Below, piece by piece: positions 22,288 to 33,539 of a stretch of DNA of 64,000 nt. The notes under the pieces are model-generated. The model was given only the letters and a program-made list of their open reading frames with translations. It was not told where the DNA came from and did no database searches. The translations under genes were made by a program, and so were the position numbers. Positions within the stretch are counted from its first letter, which is position 1; every line of letters starts with the position of its first letter. Source of the stretch: Octopus sinensis (taxonomy: Eukaryota); contig NC_043000.1 of NCBI RefSeq assembly GCF_006345805.1, positions 71,734,001-71,798,000 on the forward strand. The letters run 5' to 3'.

Positions 22288-25241
22288 TTATCAACTACTA
22301 AATCTAAGACTAGAGGACTGTCTGTCTAGAATGAAGGGCAAGAGTGAGTTGACAGCTTATGGCTGGGTAGGTAGCATGTTTATCTTTCCAGTATTCCATA
22401 AGTAAATGTCCTGAGCAGTCTTTATAGAAACCACCTGATAAGTAATTAATTAAGTACATGAATGAATATTAAACTGATTCTATGTAATCTTTCCTTTTTA
22501 ATATTGATTATTGATATATACACACATTTTTCCTCATTTGGTTATGATATCTTTTTTGATAATCTTAAATTTTATTTTATACAACACTAGCAGAATTGCC
22601 CGGCGATGCTCGGGGCTGAATTGCTTGAAAGTACTGTTAATGATTGCACTGAATTATGATGATTATTCATGCAAATATTGATATAAGTTTATGGTGGGAG
22701 ATAAGGACTTAACGATAAAACGTGTGCCATTGCATTGTTTTGGGGGAACCAAATTTCTAATGAGCATTATAGGGGCACCAACTTTAAGTTTGAGAATGTG
22801 TGGTGGTAGTCCGGGGGGCTCAAAGGAATTGAGTACTTCTATTGGATAGTTAATGACGTCCTCTGGGTCAGGAGTTGTATCGATAGACTTATATACATAG
22901 ACATCCCCAGGAATGAGTTTTAGCATTTCACCATTAATATGGTGAACCGTTTTATTCCTCGGGGTCAGAATAGCCCTTTGGCCAATCCAATCCATATTCT
23001 GATAATTAGCTTGTAGATCTGGGAACACTGCATCTCTGAGATCAGAAGGCGTTTTAACAATGGTACAAATGGAATCGATGGCAATATTACCATTTTCATC
23101 CCCTGGTATTTTGCCTTCACCAAGTACAAGGAAGGTGTGAGAAAATGCTGCTGATGTGATATTACGTCGCATATGAGCACGCATATTGGTGTGAAGTTTG
23201 AGAGTCTTCACCAGTGGCCACAATGTGGATGACTTAAGACACGCACTTACTGCATCAGCTCTAGTCCCTTTGGGAATAACGGGAAGTGTTTGTCAGAATT
23301 CCCCTGAAAGAAGAAGTGTTATGCCTCCCATGGGAGCTGAAGAGTGTTTGATGTCTCTGAGAGATCTATCTAGTGCCTCAAGAGCACCGCTGTGGGCCAT
23401 CGTGCATTCATCCCAAACGATAAGCTTGCATCGTCTGAAGACTTTTGCCTGATCGGAGCTGTTACTGATGTTGCAAGTTGGTGTCTCAGTCTTCGCTAAG
23501 TCAAGCGGAAGCTTGAAAATGGAGTGAGCTGTCCTGCCGCCTGGCAACAAAGTAGCCGCAATTCCAGATGATGCCACAGCTAGGGCAATGCCTTGTGTTC
23601 GCCTAATCTCAGCCAATATTAATTTGTTGAGAAAAGTTTTCCCAGTGCCCCCAGGAACGTCCAGGAAAAATATCCCTACAGCTTTGGCCCAGACTGAATT
23701 AACAACGGAGTTGTAAGCGAACTTCTGTTCTGGAAGGAGCTTTGGCTCATTGTCGGCTATGTACTCGGCAAGCTCGTCAACATTAAAACATGTCTCACGC
23801 AGCAAATGTGAAGACAGAGTGTTTGTGCCTTCCCAGTTTGTTGAAGGTAGGCCATAGACCGGCAAGACACTACCGCCCATATCAAGTACAGTATCTTCGA
23901 ACGTAGTTTGTTACCACACAGCCACACCTGCCCCTATGTATGTGTGTGTGTGTGTGTGTACGTGTGTGTGTATGGGTAGATATATTATGCATGTATATAT
24001 GTGTATATATATATGTGTACATATTACATGTACATCTATATATATATATACATCTACACATAAAATACAAAATAGAAAGTTATATTTTGATATCGCTAGT
24101 GATAACAATACTCAAAATATATAACAGACTGGAATTTCGATCAATTGGATCTTGTCCTCCCTCTTGTATAGAAGTGTACGGCTGCATCGAAATTCATTTT
24201 TGGACTTTCTTCTATTGAAGGCATTTTAACAAAAATGCTTCTGTAAAGACGGTGAAAATATTGTCAATTTCCCCAAACAGGGACACAATTCAATTTTAAA
24301 ACAATAACCAAAGGGGGGGTGGTTACGGTTTACAATTATTTAACAAATGCAACACAACAACGTTTCCCTGACGAGGAACCAACAAATGTGATTACAATAG
24401 TCAAACAGTAATAATAATAACAACAAACCTTTTTAATGTATCCCCATTTATGTGAAACCACTTATTCAAGTTCAAGTCATTGATGCAATTTTATACGAAT
24501 TGCTAATACACACACACATAATAAGGGTGAAAAATTGAATATGAATTGAAAACCAGTGGTGTAGCATATAAGACCATAGCGGATCTTTCTCTAGCAAAAA
24601 GGATGACCAGTATTAATTGCTCATCGCTTTTATATAAATACTTTCACTTTAATTGTTGCACACTTGCAAAGAGAAAGGAGGAGAAAGTGTAGTGGTAATG
24701 GTAGGAATGAAGCACTTGAAATGAAAGAGGGAAATCGTAAAATATTGAGTTTTCTCGAATTTTTGCTTAATTGAAAAAACTTTACATGCCATGACCCAAT
24801 GGAATCTACTTGAAAAAATGATAGGTAAATTCCAATTGAAGAAATTCTATATTGTAGAATTGTATAAAAAACGAACGGTTTGGGAGGCAGAGAAAATCTG
24901 CCTTTTATCATAAGAGATAGATAATATTACTGTTTATAAACAATCACCCATAGTAACCCAAGATAAAATTTTCTCTGTATTAACATCCTAGGTTTAATTA
25001 GGATCTTGCCTCTTTAACTGGTAATTAACACTATGATTTAGAGTCGTCCCGTACCCAGCCTCCTTTTATAGACAGTTACTTTATATCCAATTTACTACTC
25101 CTAATGTCTTCTTCCTTCCCTGTGGAAAGGGGATACACATGACAATATTTATGACCATACCTAGCCATGAGCTGTCAACTCACTCTTGCCCTTCATTCTG
25201 AACAGACACAGTCCTCTAGTCTTAGATTTAGTAGTTGATAA
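22288..25241. repeat. About 85-bp inverted repeat pair (22288-22369 and 25158-25241) enclosing the Helitron
   Basis: ttatcaactactaaatctaagactagaggactg...gagtgagttgacagct and its reverse complement. Confidence 0.75.
22587..24921 (-). mobile_element. Helitron, internally deleted, with PIF1 helicase fragments
   Basis: FFLDVPGGTGKTFL, AVASSGIAATLL, LIVWDECTM, RAILTPRN, PPHILKLKVGAPIMLIRNL. 5' A|TC at 24921. 3' hairpin cccgagcatcgccggg plus CTAG|T at 22587. Confidence 0.9.
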
Positions 25242-25308
25242 TACCAGATAATACCAGACTGACTTGGTACTTCAACTTAAGTATCTACTTCAACTGAATC
25301 TCAATTAT

Positions 25309-25354
<46 letters not shown>

Positions 25355-25364
25355 ATATATATCA

Positions 25365-25808
25365 TCATCATCATCATTTAGCGTCCGCTTTCCATGCTAG
25401 CATGAGTTGGACGGTTCAACTGGGGTCTGGGAAGCCAGAAGGCTGCACCAGGCCCAGTCTGATCTGGTAATGTTTCTACGGCTGGATGCCCTTCCTAACG
25501 CCAACCACTCCGTGAGTGTAGTGGGTGCTTTTTACGTGCCACTGGCACAGGTGCCAGACGGGGCTGGCAAACGGCCATGGTCGGATGGTGCTTTTTACGT
25601 GCCACCGGCACGGGGGCCAGGCGAGGCTGGCAACGGCCATGATCAGATGGTGCTTTTTACATGCCACCGGCACGGAGGCCTGTCGGGGCGGCGCTGGCAA
25701 CGGCCACGTTCGGATGGCTCACTTATGTGCCACCAGCACTAGTATCACAGCTACAATTTCCATTGATGTTGATCGATTTCGATTCTGATTCTCACTTGCC
25801 TCAACAGG
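25365..25808 (-). mobile_element. RTE 3' UTR/tail fragment with tandem gtgcc-ggcac units
   Basis: The 5' part matches the RTE UTR at 1-45. About five internal units and a (gat)n tail. Confidence 0.8.
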
Positions 25809-25810
25809 TC

Positions 25811-25857
<47 letters not shown>

Positions 25858-26034
25858 TGAAGTGTCCTGTATTATATATCCATTATGGCTGATCTTACCA
25901 ATCAGTTTTGCACTTGAGGTTCAAGGGAGTGTTAGGTAACAGTCCAGTTATGTAAACCTGCACTCATCAGAGGTAGCCGTTATGGAATGAATTGACCTCA
26001 GTACATATATCTATCTTCGTTTTTTGTTTTCCTA

Positions 26035-26440
26035 TAAATTTCATCTATTCTCTTTTACTTGTTTCAGTCATTTTGACTGCGGCCATGCTGGAGCACTGCC
26101 TTTAATCGAGCAAATCGACCCCGGGACTTATTCTTTGTAAGCCCAGTACTTATTCTATCGGTCTGTTTTGCCGAACCGCTATGGGAAACGGGGAGGTATA
26201 CACACCAGCATCGGTTGTCAATGCTAGGGGGACAAACACAGACACACACACGCATATATATATATATATATATATACATATATACGACAGGCTTCTTTCA
26301 GTTTCCGTCTACCAAATCCACTCACAAGGCATTGGTCGGCCCGGGGCTATAGCAGAAGACACTTGCCCAAGATGCCACGCAGTGGGACTGAACCCGGAAC
26401 CATGTGGTTGGTTAGCAAGCTACTTACCACACAGCCACTG
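26035..26440 (-). mobile_element. tRNA-derived SINE, main family, young copy
   Basis: Nearly identical to the reverse complement of 3821-4232. Confidence 0.9.
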
Positions 26441-26469
26441 TGTGTGTGTGAGTTTATATATCCACAGAC

Positions 26470-26712
26470 ACAAATCTATTTATCTATAAATTTATGTGTA
26501 TGAGTCTTTGTGTCTGTGTCCTCCACCACCTTTCGACAACCAATGTTGGTGTGTTTACGTCCTTGTAACTAGTGCTTCAGCAAAGAGACTGATAGAATAA
26601 GTAGCAGGCTTGAAAAAAATATGTGCCGAGGTCGATTCATTCGACTAAAAAGCCTGCAAGGCAGTGCCCCAGCATGGCCGCAGTCTAATGACTAAAACAA
26701 GTAAAAGATAAT
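26470..26712 (+). mobile_element. SINE 3' half, inverted relative to the adjacent copy
   Basis: Contains gacaaccaatgttggtgtgtttacg...gactaaaacaagtaaaag. Confidence 0.75.
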
Positions 26713-29129
26713 CTCATAAATAATTTAATAGCTTATATGATGTTCCCTTCAGAAATTACTTGCATAAAAAAATTACACATACAAAAGCAGGGTTAAAGAA
26801 GACCTACATACAATACAAATTCAAATAAAAATCCCTTATTTATTTTGATGGTGAAAAAATATTTGCTTGTTTTAACTTAGATATTCCATAAAAGTAATTG
26901 CAATCATTATCTAAATTTTCATGGGTTCTAATTGGTGACTATGAATAATTTATTCCTTCTTATACCTGTTTTCACATTTTTCTACTTTTTGTTAACATAT
27001 AAAAATCGAAAGTGTATTGTTCTAAATAACCTTATTTATGAACTATGAAAAAGTAAAAAAAAGTACAAAACTATATTAATAATTTTAAACGGTATATTTC
27101 TACAGCATGAATTGTTTTCGATGGCCACCGTTTAAGTAATTTTCTGTACACTTTCCCGAAGCAGCTGGGTTGAATACTATTATGATCGAATCCCCTTGCA
27201 AATCACTTGGGTTGGATATTTCCTTTTCATGAACAATGAGGTAACAAACTATTTTTACTTCTGACTCCACTATATTTATATTATTTACCTTACAAACAAA
27301 CAACTATGAGAAAGTTACAAAAATGATTTGTTTTTATTTCAGTTTATACTTTATTCAACATCTATTCTGCTGCAAATATTTATGAAAAGGATCTACCCTC
27401 ACATATTGATCCGAAATAAAATTTGCTGTATTTCTCTTTCACTATATTGAAACTAAAAAAAATTCCCATAAAAACCCGGTTCGATGTTTCGGTAGCTTCA
27501 ATATAAGCATGTTCTATATGAGCTAATAAATTGTTAATTACCCTTTGTCACTGACATACATGACCAGGGAGATAACCTGTGTCTCACTCATGTTTTTATT
27601 TATCAGAAACATTCACAAATGATTGCTTTTTGTCATGAATTTCCCCTCTGATTGGTTAATTGCACATGGAAAACTCCCTGACGTTTAAAGACTCTTCATT
27701 ACTTTTTATAGATATATTTTTTATTGGGTTGTTTCTTATTTTAGTAACATGTCGAAATGGCTCATCAGTGAAATGAAAAATGGAAACGGCGAAATGTACT
27801 TAGTTTCAAGTTTATGCTGTTATGTTGTACATTCACTGTTGTAATGTCATATACTTCTTTTTCAGTAACCCACTGTAAATGAAAATAATACAGGTGTTCC
27901 AGCAGTGGCCATCCAGTCAATATGTCGTTAAATATAGAGTTTATATAAAGATATGAAGCGTATGTATCTTATATAAATAACACCAAGATTACCTTCGTGT
28001 TATTTCCAATTATAGTGTTATTGAAACGGAAGTATACGATCTTGCAATTAGTGTAAGTCAAGAATGTAGCAGCGTATGAAGTGAAACTAAGTAATTTTAT
28101 AATTTCCCTTTCAGATTTTCATTTTACTTGTGAATCTTTACGATGGATTAGTTAAATATGAAATAACTTCCTTACCACGCATGTCGTATACGCTTACCAA
28201 CACACGTGTGTCTATGTGTAAAGTATTAAATCATTTTACCGGCTACCAAATTGTAAGTGGCTTCTTGATGCATCATATTGGATATGAAAATTTTTTGTTT
28301 GTTTAAAATTGCTATTTTTGGATTATTGAAAACCACCACAATTGCTGGTGACATTTCTGTTGTCAGTGATGTAGTTCATGCGAAAATATTCTCTGGAAGA
28401 TCATTTTTATCAGAGCAAGCAAGTTATGTGACTAACATCAAAATATTTTTTGCGTCTAAATACGAGATATTGCGTTTAAGTATTTAGAATATATGATAAT
28501 ATTAATGGAGTAAACAATTACCAGCCTTACAATACCCTATTCGTTTTATCACGATCTGAATACAACTATAACTATGATTGTATCGTTATTCGGGAGACTA
28601 TATTCCCCCACCCCACCCTAAATAAAAGGAAATAACACCGAAAACCGTTTATTATTGTTAATATTTTTAGTATATGAATAAATAAAGAGATCACTTTGTA
28701 GTAACATAACTAATTTTTTCTTATACATGTTGTAATTAAAGTATTTCCGAATTGCTCAGCGTGTTGCTAGAGAGGGTGTAACGACATGTACATTTGGGAT
28801 CAGATATAATCGACCTTACTCCCTCCTCTAAATTTAACGCTCTGGTTGAAAGCCTTACTTTTCAGTTTTCGGCTATGAAAAGCTTGCCGCTTACCCTAAG
28901 TATACGCTGTCGGACCAAATCCGAAACCATGTGGTTGCCAAACAAAATTCTTAATCACACAGTGATGACTGCACATTCACACACACATTTATGTATTCTT
29001 ATAGATGAATATACCTATGGAAAAAGGCATCATCCTTATGCGTTCATTTGGTTGTATAGGTAATCTCATGCAGTTACATGTATACAATTGTTCATGGTAG
29101 AAACAGACTAGAAAATTCGAACAAATATC

Positions 29130-31036
29130 GGTTAATATAGGGCGTAACAAATATCAGAAAATCAAAAAAAAAATGTGTGTAATAGGTGTAAAACAACTTC
29201 CTATGAACGAATATGAAAAAAAAAATTCGCGCACGCGAAAGGGGGGTGGGGGAGAGGCCTCGGAAAATTCACATCGGGAAGTTCCGAAAGCGTCTGAGGG
29301 GCTGAGCCGGGCACCAAAACAAAAAAAAAATAGTGTAATATGTGTAAAACAACTTGCTCTAAACGAATATGAAAAAAAAAATGCGCTCTCGAGAAAGAGG
29401 GGTGGGGGAGAGGCCTCGGAATATTTATATCGGGAATTTCCGAAAGCGTCTGAACCGGGCACAAAAACAAAAACAAAAACAGCGTAATAGGTGTAAAACA
29501 ACTTGCTCTAAACGACTATCATGAAAAAAATGCGCGCTCGCGAAAGGGGGGTGGGGGAGAGGCTTCGGAAATTTCACATCTTCAGTCCACGGCCTTTAAA
29601 CTAAGAAAAAATAGTGTAATTGGTGTAAAACTACTTGTTCTAAACGAGTATCAAGAACACACACTCACACATGAATCATAAAATCATAAAAAAGAGAAGA
29701 AATTCTGGAAAAAGTGAAGAAATGTTGGATCTCCGCCATGTGAATCAAAATACGTGTCAGAAACATCTTGAAATACTACAGAAATTATGTTACGAAAATG
29801 ATAATGTATACATACCTCTTTGAGTGGTCCATCGATAATGATGATAAAGAAATGAGTTGGATTTGAACTCAGAATATTGACTAACACAACTACATACTAC
29901 AAGACTCAAAAATATCAGCCAAGTCACCACCCTTTAACTAGCAATAATAATAACATCAATAACATAACAGCCAAAAGATTTATTTGTTCTGAAAATAACA
30001 ATCATAGTAAATAAATATGTTCTTTAATATTCACATTCATGTGCACAGTTAAACACACTTACATACAAACAGTCACGCATGCATAATACAGAACGGAACA
30101 CATAAATGAAGGATGCATTACTTAGTATATATTACATCTAGAGAATTTTGATTAATAAGTCAAATATGCAAATTATAAAGATAATTAATTGCTTTACTAA
30201 ACAGTGTTGTAAAGGTGAAAAAATAAATTTGGGAAAAAATACACACGCCAAAACTAATTAATAAAGGATAATTAGGGAAGGATTGACACAAATAATAATT
30301 TTTTCTGTCTCTTTTTTTCTGATAAATGCATCTTAATAAGTGAGAAGAATTGCATATATCTGAACTATTTCAAAGAAAAGTATAAATTTAATGTTTAAAA
30401 TCTTTAACCAAGGAATGAGATCCAACATTTCTTCACTTTTTCCAGAATTCTTCTCTTTATTATTTTTTTTTGCGAAATACGGAGTTTATGATTCATGTGT
30501 GAGTGTGTGTTCTTGATACTCGTTTAGAACAAGTAGTTTTACACCAATTACACTATTTTTTCTTAGTTTAAAGGCCGTGGACTGAAGATGTGAAATTTCC
30601 GAAGCCTCTCCCCCACCCCCCTTTCGCGAGCGCGCATTTTTTTCATGATAGTCGTTTAGAGCAAGTTGTTTTACACCTATTACGCTGTTTTTGTTTTTGT
30701 TTTTGTGCCCGGTTCAGACGCTTTCGGAAATTCCCGATATAAATATTCCGAGGCCTCTCCCCCACCCCTCTTTCGCGAGAGCGCATTTTTTTGTCATATT
30801 CGTTTAGAGCAAGTTGTTTTACACATATTACACTATTTTTTTTTTGTTTTGGTGCCCGGGTCAGCTCCTCAGACGCTTTCGGAACTTCCCGATGTGAATT
30901 TTCCGAGGCCTCTCCCCCACCCCCCTTTCGCGTGCGCGAATTTTTTTTTTCATATTCGTTCATAGGAAGTTGTTTTACACCTATTACACACATTTTTTTT
31001 TTGATTTTCTGATATTTGTTACGCCCTATATTAACC
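29130..31036. mobile_element. Foldback element with about 600-bp TIRs and an 8-bp TSD
   Basis: Arms 29130-29733 and 30417-31036 start GGTTAATATAGGGCG. TSD CAAATATC at 29122-29129 and 31037-31044. Arms contain about 155-bp internal repeats. Confidence 0.9.
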
Positions 31037-31489
31037 CAAATATCTATAGTAGCATAGTCTCCTCAGTCGTACACTTCCCAACATATTCGGTTTAAAATTT
31101 CTTAATAGACATCTAATAACACCAATTCAACTACAAAAACTGTTTCCCTACATCCAGCCAAATTAAATCTCCTTACCATAGCTTTGTATCAACCCACATT
31201 CTATAAACATACTTTCTTCCTATCCCTCTCTAACCTTCCTTCCTACACAATTAGTAGTCACCTGCATCACACTATCATTCACGTAGTACCCGACCTTACT
31301 AAAACTTGCCAAAGACTATATAAAGCTACTGCCTCCTGCCCCAATAAATCACAGCTTGATGAAATTGAGCAAGTCAAAATTTCGAAGTCACTCTGTAAAA
31401 ATTAATATGTACTCTAGCAAAAAAAAAAAAAAAAAAGTATCGAGTAATGTTAAATTGTCTATGACTTGACATAAAAACAGCATTAATAT

Positions 31490-31805
31490 TCTTTTACTTG
31501 TTTCAGTCATTTTACTGTGGCCATGCTGGAGCACCGCCTTGAAGGGTTTTAGTCAAACAAATCTACTCCAAGACTTTTGTTTTAAAGCTTAGTACTTATT
31601 CTATTTGTATCTTTTGTTGAACTCCTAAGTTATGGGGAAGTAAACATACCAACACCGGTTGTCAAACGGTACTGGGGAGACGGGACAAACACACACACAA
31701 ACACATGACAGGCTTCTTTCAGTTTTTGTCTAGTAGAAGACACTTTCCAAGGTACCATGCAGTGGGACTGAGTTTGGAACCATGTGACTGGGAAGCAAGC
31801 TTCTT
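31490..31805 (-). mobile_element. SINE (main family); its 5' head continues at 33212-33250 beyond the insertion
   Basis: Head ggtgcaagcgtggctgtatgataagaagcttg at 33250-33212 and body at 31805-31490. Confidence 0.8.
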
Positions 31806-33211
31806 TATTTCTTTTAAATTGTCATAAAGGCATTACATAGAGGGGGGACATATAACAATAAAAATAAAAATATGATGCTATGAATGACACATGAAAATGA
31901 ACATGAAAAACATTAAAATCAAAATATTAAAATACATGAACAATAAATGAGAAATGAGAATATGAAAATGTGTTTGTTACTCACCGGACACTGAATAACA
32001 CCACTCGCCACCTCTGAGTCCTGAGTCCTCTTTAGTCTTTGATCTAGTCTTTCATTTACTGTTTTCCCCATCGCTGAGTGACAACAGTCTCTCCTCCATG
32101 TACCCCGTAACCTTTTTCACTGGGAGAGGGGTCTTGTAAATTTTGTGGTGTCAGTCCTTTTTTTTTTCCTGTGGGGAGAGAGAGTAGGTGGGTTTGTTGT
32201 TTGCATGGGGAGGGTGGGTCTGAGTGGTCTTGGGTAGGATGGAGTTGGTCTGGGGTTCCACATCGCACATCTTCTTTCTCTTTTTCTTTTATTCTCTGTC
32301 ACTGTCCATTCATCCTCCTTGTTCCTTCCATCTATTTGTACTTCTTCCTTTTTATCTCCACCACTGCTTCTACTGTTGTTTTTCTCTGCAGAGGGCAGTG
32401 CGCTCTAATGAGGCCCTTTTGGCCACGTTTAAAACATCGTGGGATTCTGCCCTCCACCCACACTCTTAACACAATCTCTCCCAACATCATCGTCTCTGCC
32501 AAACTTTCCAAATGCCTCTCCTCTGCCTGTATAATGAGGTCCAGTGTTTTTCCTCTCCACCCTCTTTCCTCTGTTTCTGTTGCTTGGAGGACAGCTACCT
32601 CCTCCTCACTTCCAATGAGGACAGTTGCCGCAACCCAAGCCACTTCTATATCGAGTGGAATTCCTTCTACCCTCACCTTAGAAGTCTTTCTTCCAAGGTA
32701 TGTGGGTAGAAGTACCATTTCCTCCATTTTTATAGTTGCACTCGCCAGCCTCCTTGCCTCCTCTGCTGTCCTAAACTGGACAACCACCATCCCATATCCA
32801 TTTCCTTTTGCTATGTATGACACTTCCTTCGAAAGGCCCTTCAATGCTTTTTCTACTTTTTCCATCTCCATCCACTCCACCTTCCTACTCTCCACTGAGT
32901 ACACCTTTCCATATTTTCCATAACCCTTTTTGGGGGTAATAACTTTATGTCCTGTGTCATCTTACACAGTTCCTTCAGTCCGGCTAGGTCCACCTCTCTT
33001 TTCTTCACCTCTGCAACCTCAGTAAAACTCTTTACTCTTTACTCATTCTATTTACTACCTTAACAAGCTCCTCCTCCACTGAGGACAGCTCATATTCACT
33101 AAGGTCCAAATACATTCCTTTCCACTGGAATAACACTCACCAACAAACTGCTGCCAAGCAGCACAAAAAATTCTGTCCGACTCGTCAAAAATCAACACAG
33201 CGATACATGCG
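31806..33211 (-). mobile_element. ORF1-only non-LTR element (L1/Tx1-like gag: RRM-like region plus degenerate CCHC knuckle)
   Basis: ORF 32332-32904 ends RVWVEGRIPRCFKRGQKGLIRAHCP. A-rich 3' end. 17-bp TSD tgggaa(g/a)caagcttctt at 31789-31805 and 33212-33228. Confidence 0.75.
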
Positions 33212-33539
33212 TGGGAAACAAGCTTCTTATCATACAGCCACGCTTGCACCTATAAATTTACAAAATCTACCAAAAAATGTATACACACTTCAGGAATGGA
33301 AAAATCTTTATGAATATTTAACCTGTATAAGTATCTCTGTAAATATAAATACCTCTTCCGATGTTTTATTTAATTGCAATAACACTGAATAAAAATATTT
33401 ATGCAGATTTTTCCACAGCAACCCTCAAGCAGCATGGCGGTCAGTTTAAAGGAGGGTATGGGTGTCCATTAAGACAGGAAAGGAGGGAGAATAACAAATG
33501 GTTAGAGATGAGGGTAGAGGTGAATGTAGTGAGTGCTGA

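Noticed and set aside
27100-27303. 64-aa minus-strand ORF and nearby + strand splice-like signals
   Set aside because: No recognisable motif, and the candidate + strand exon has stops in all frames.
29154-30993. Mirror-image ORFs of 70-116 aa in both foldback arms
   Set aside because: They arise from the inverted, internally repeated arms and show no recognisable domain.
31045-31436. About 390-bp segment ending in a poly(A) run (possible retrocopy or LINE end)
   Set aside because: No recognisable ORF or TSD; it cannot be classified from sequence alone.
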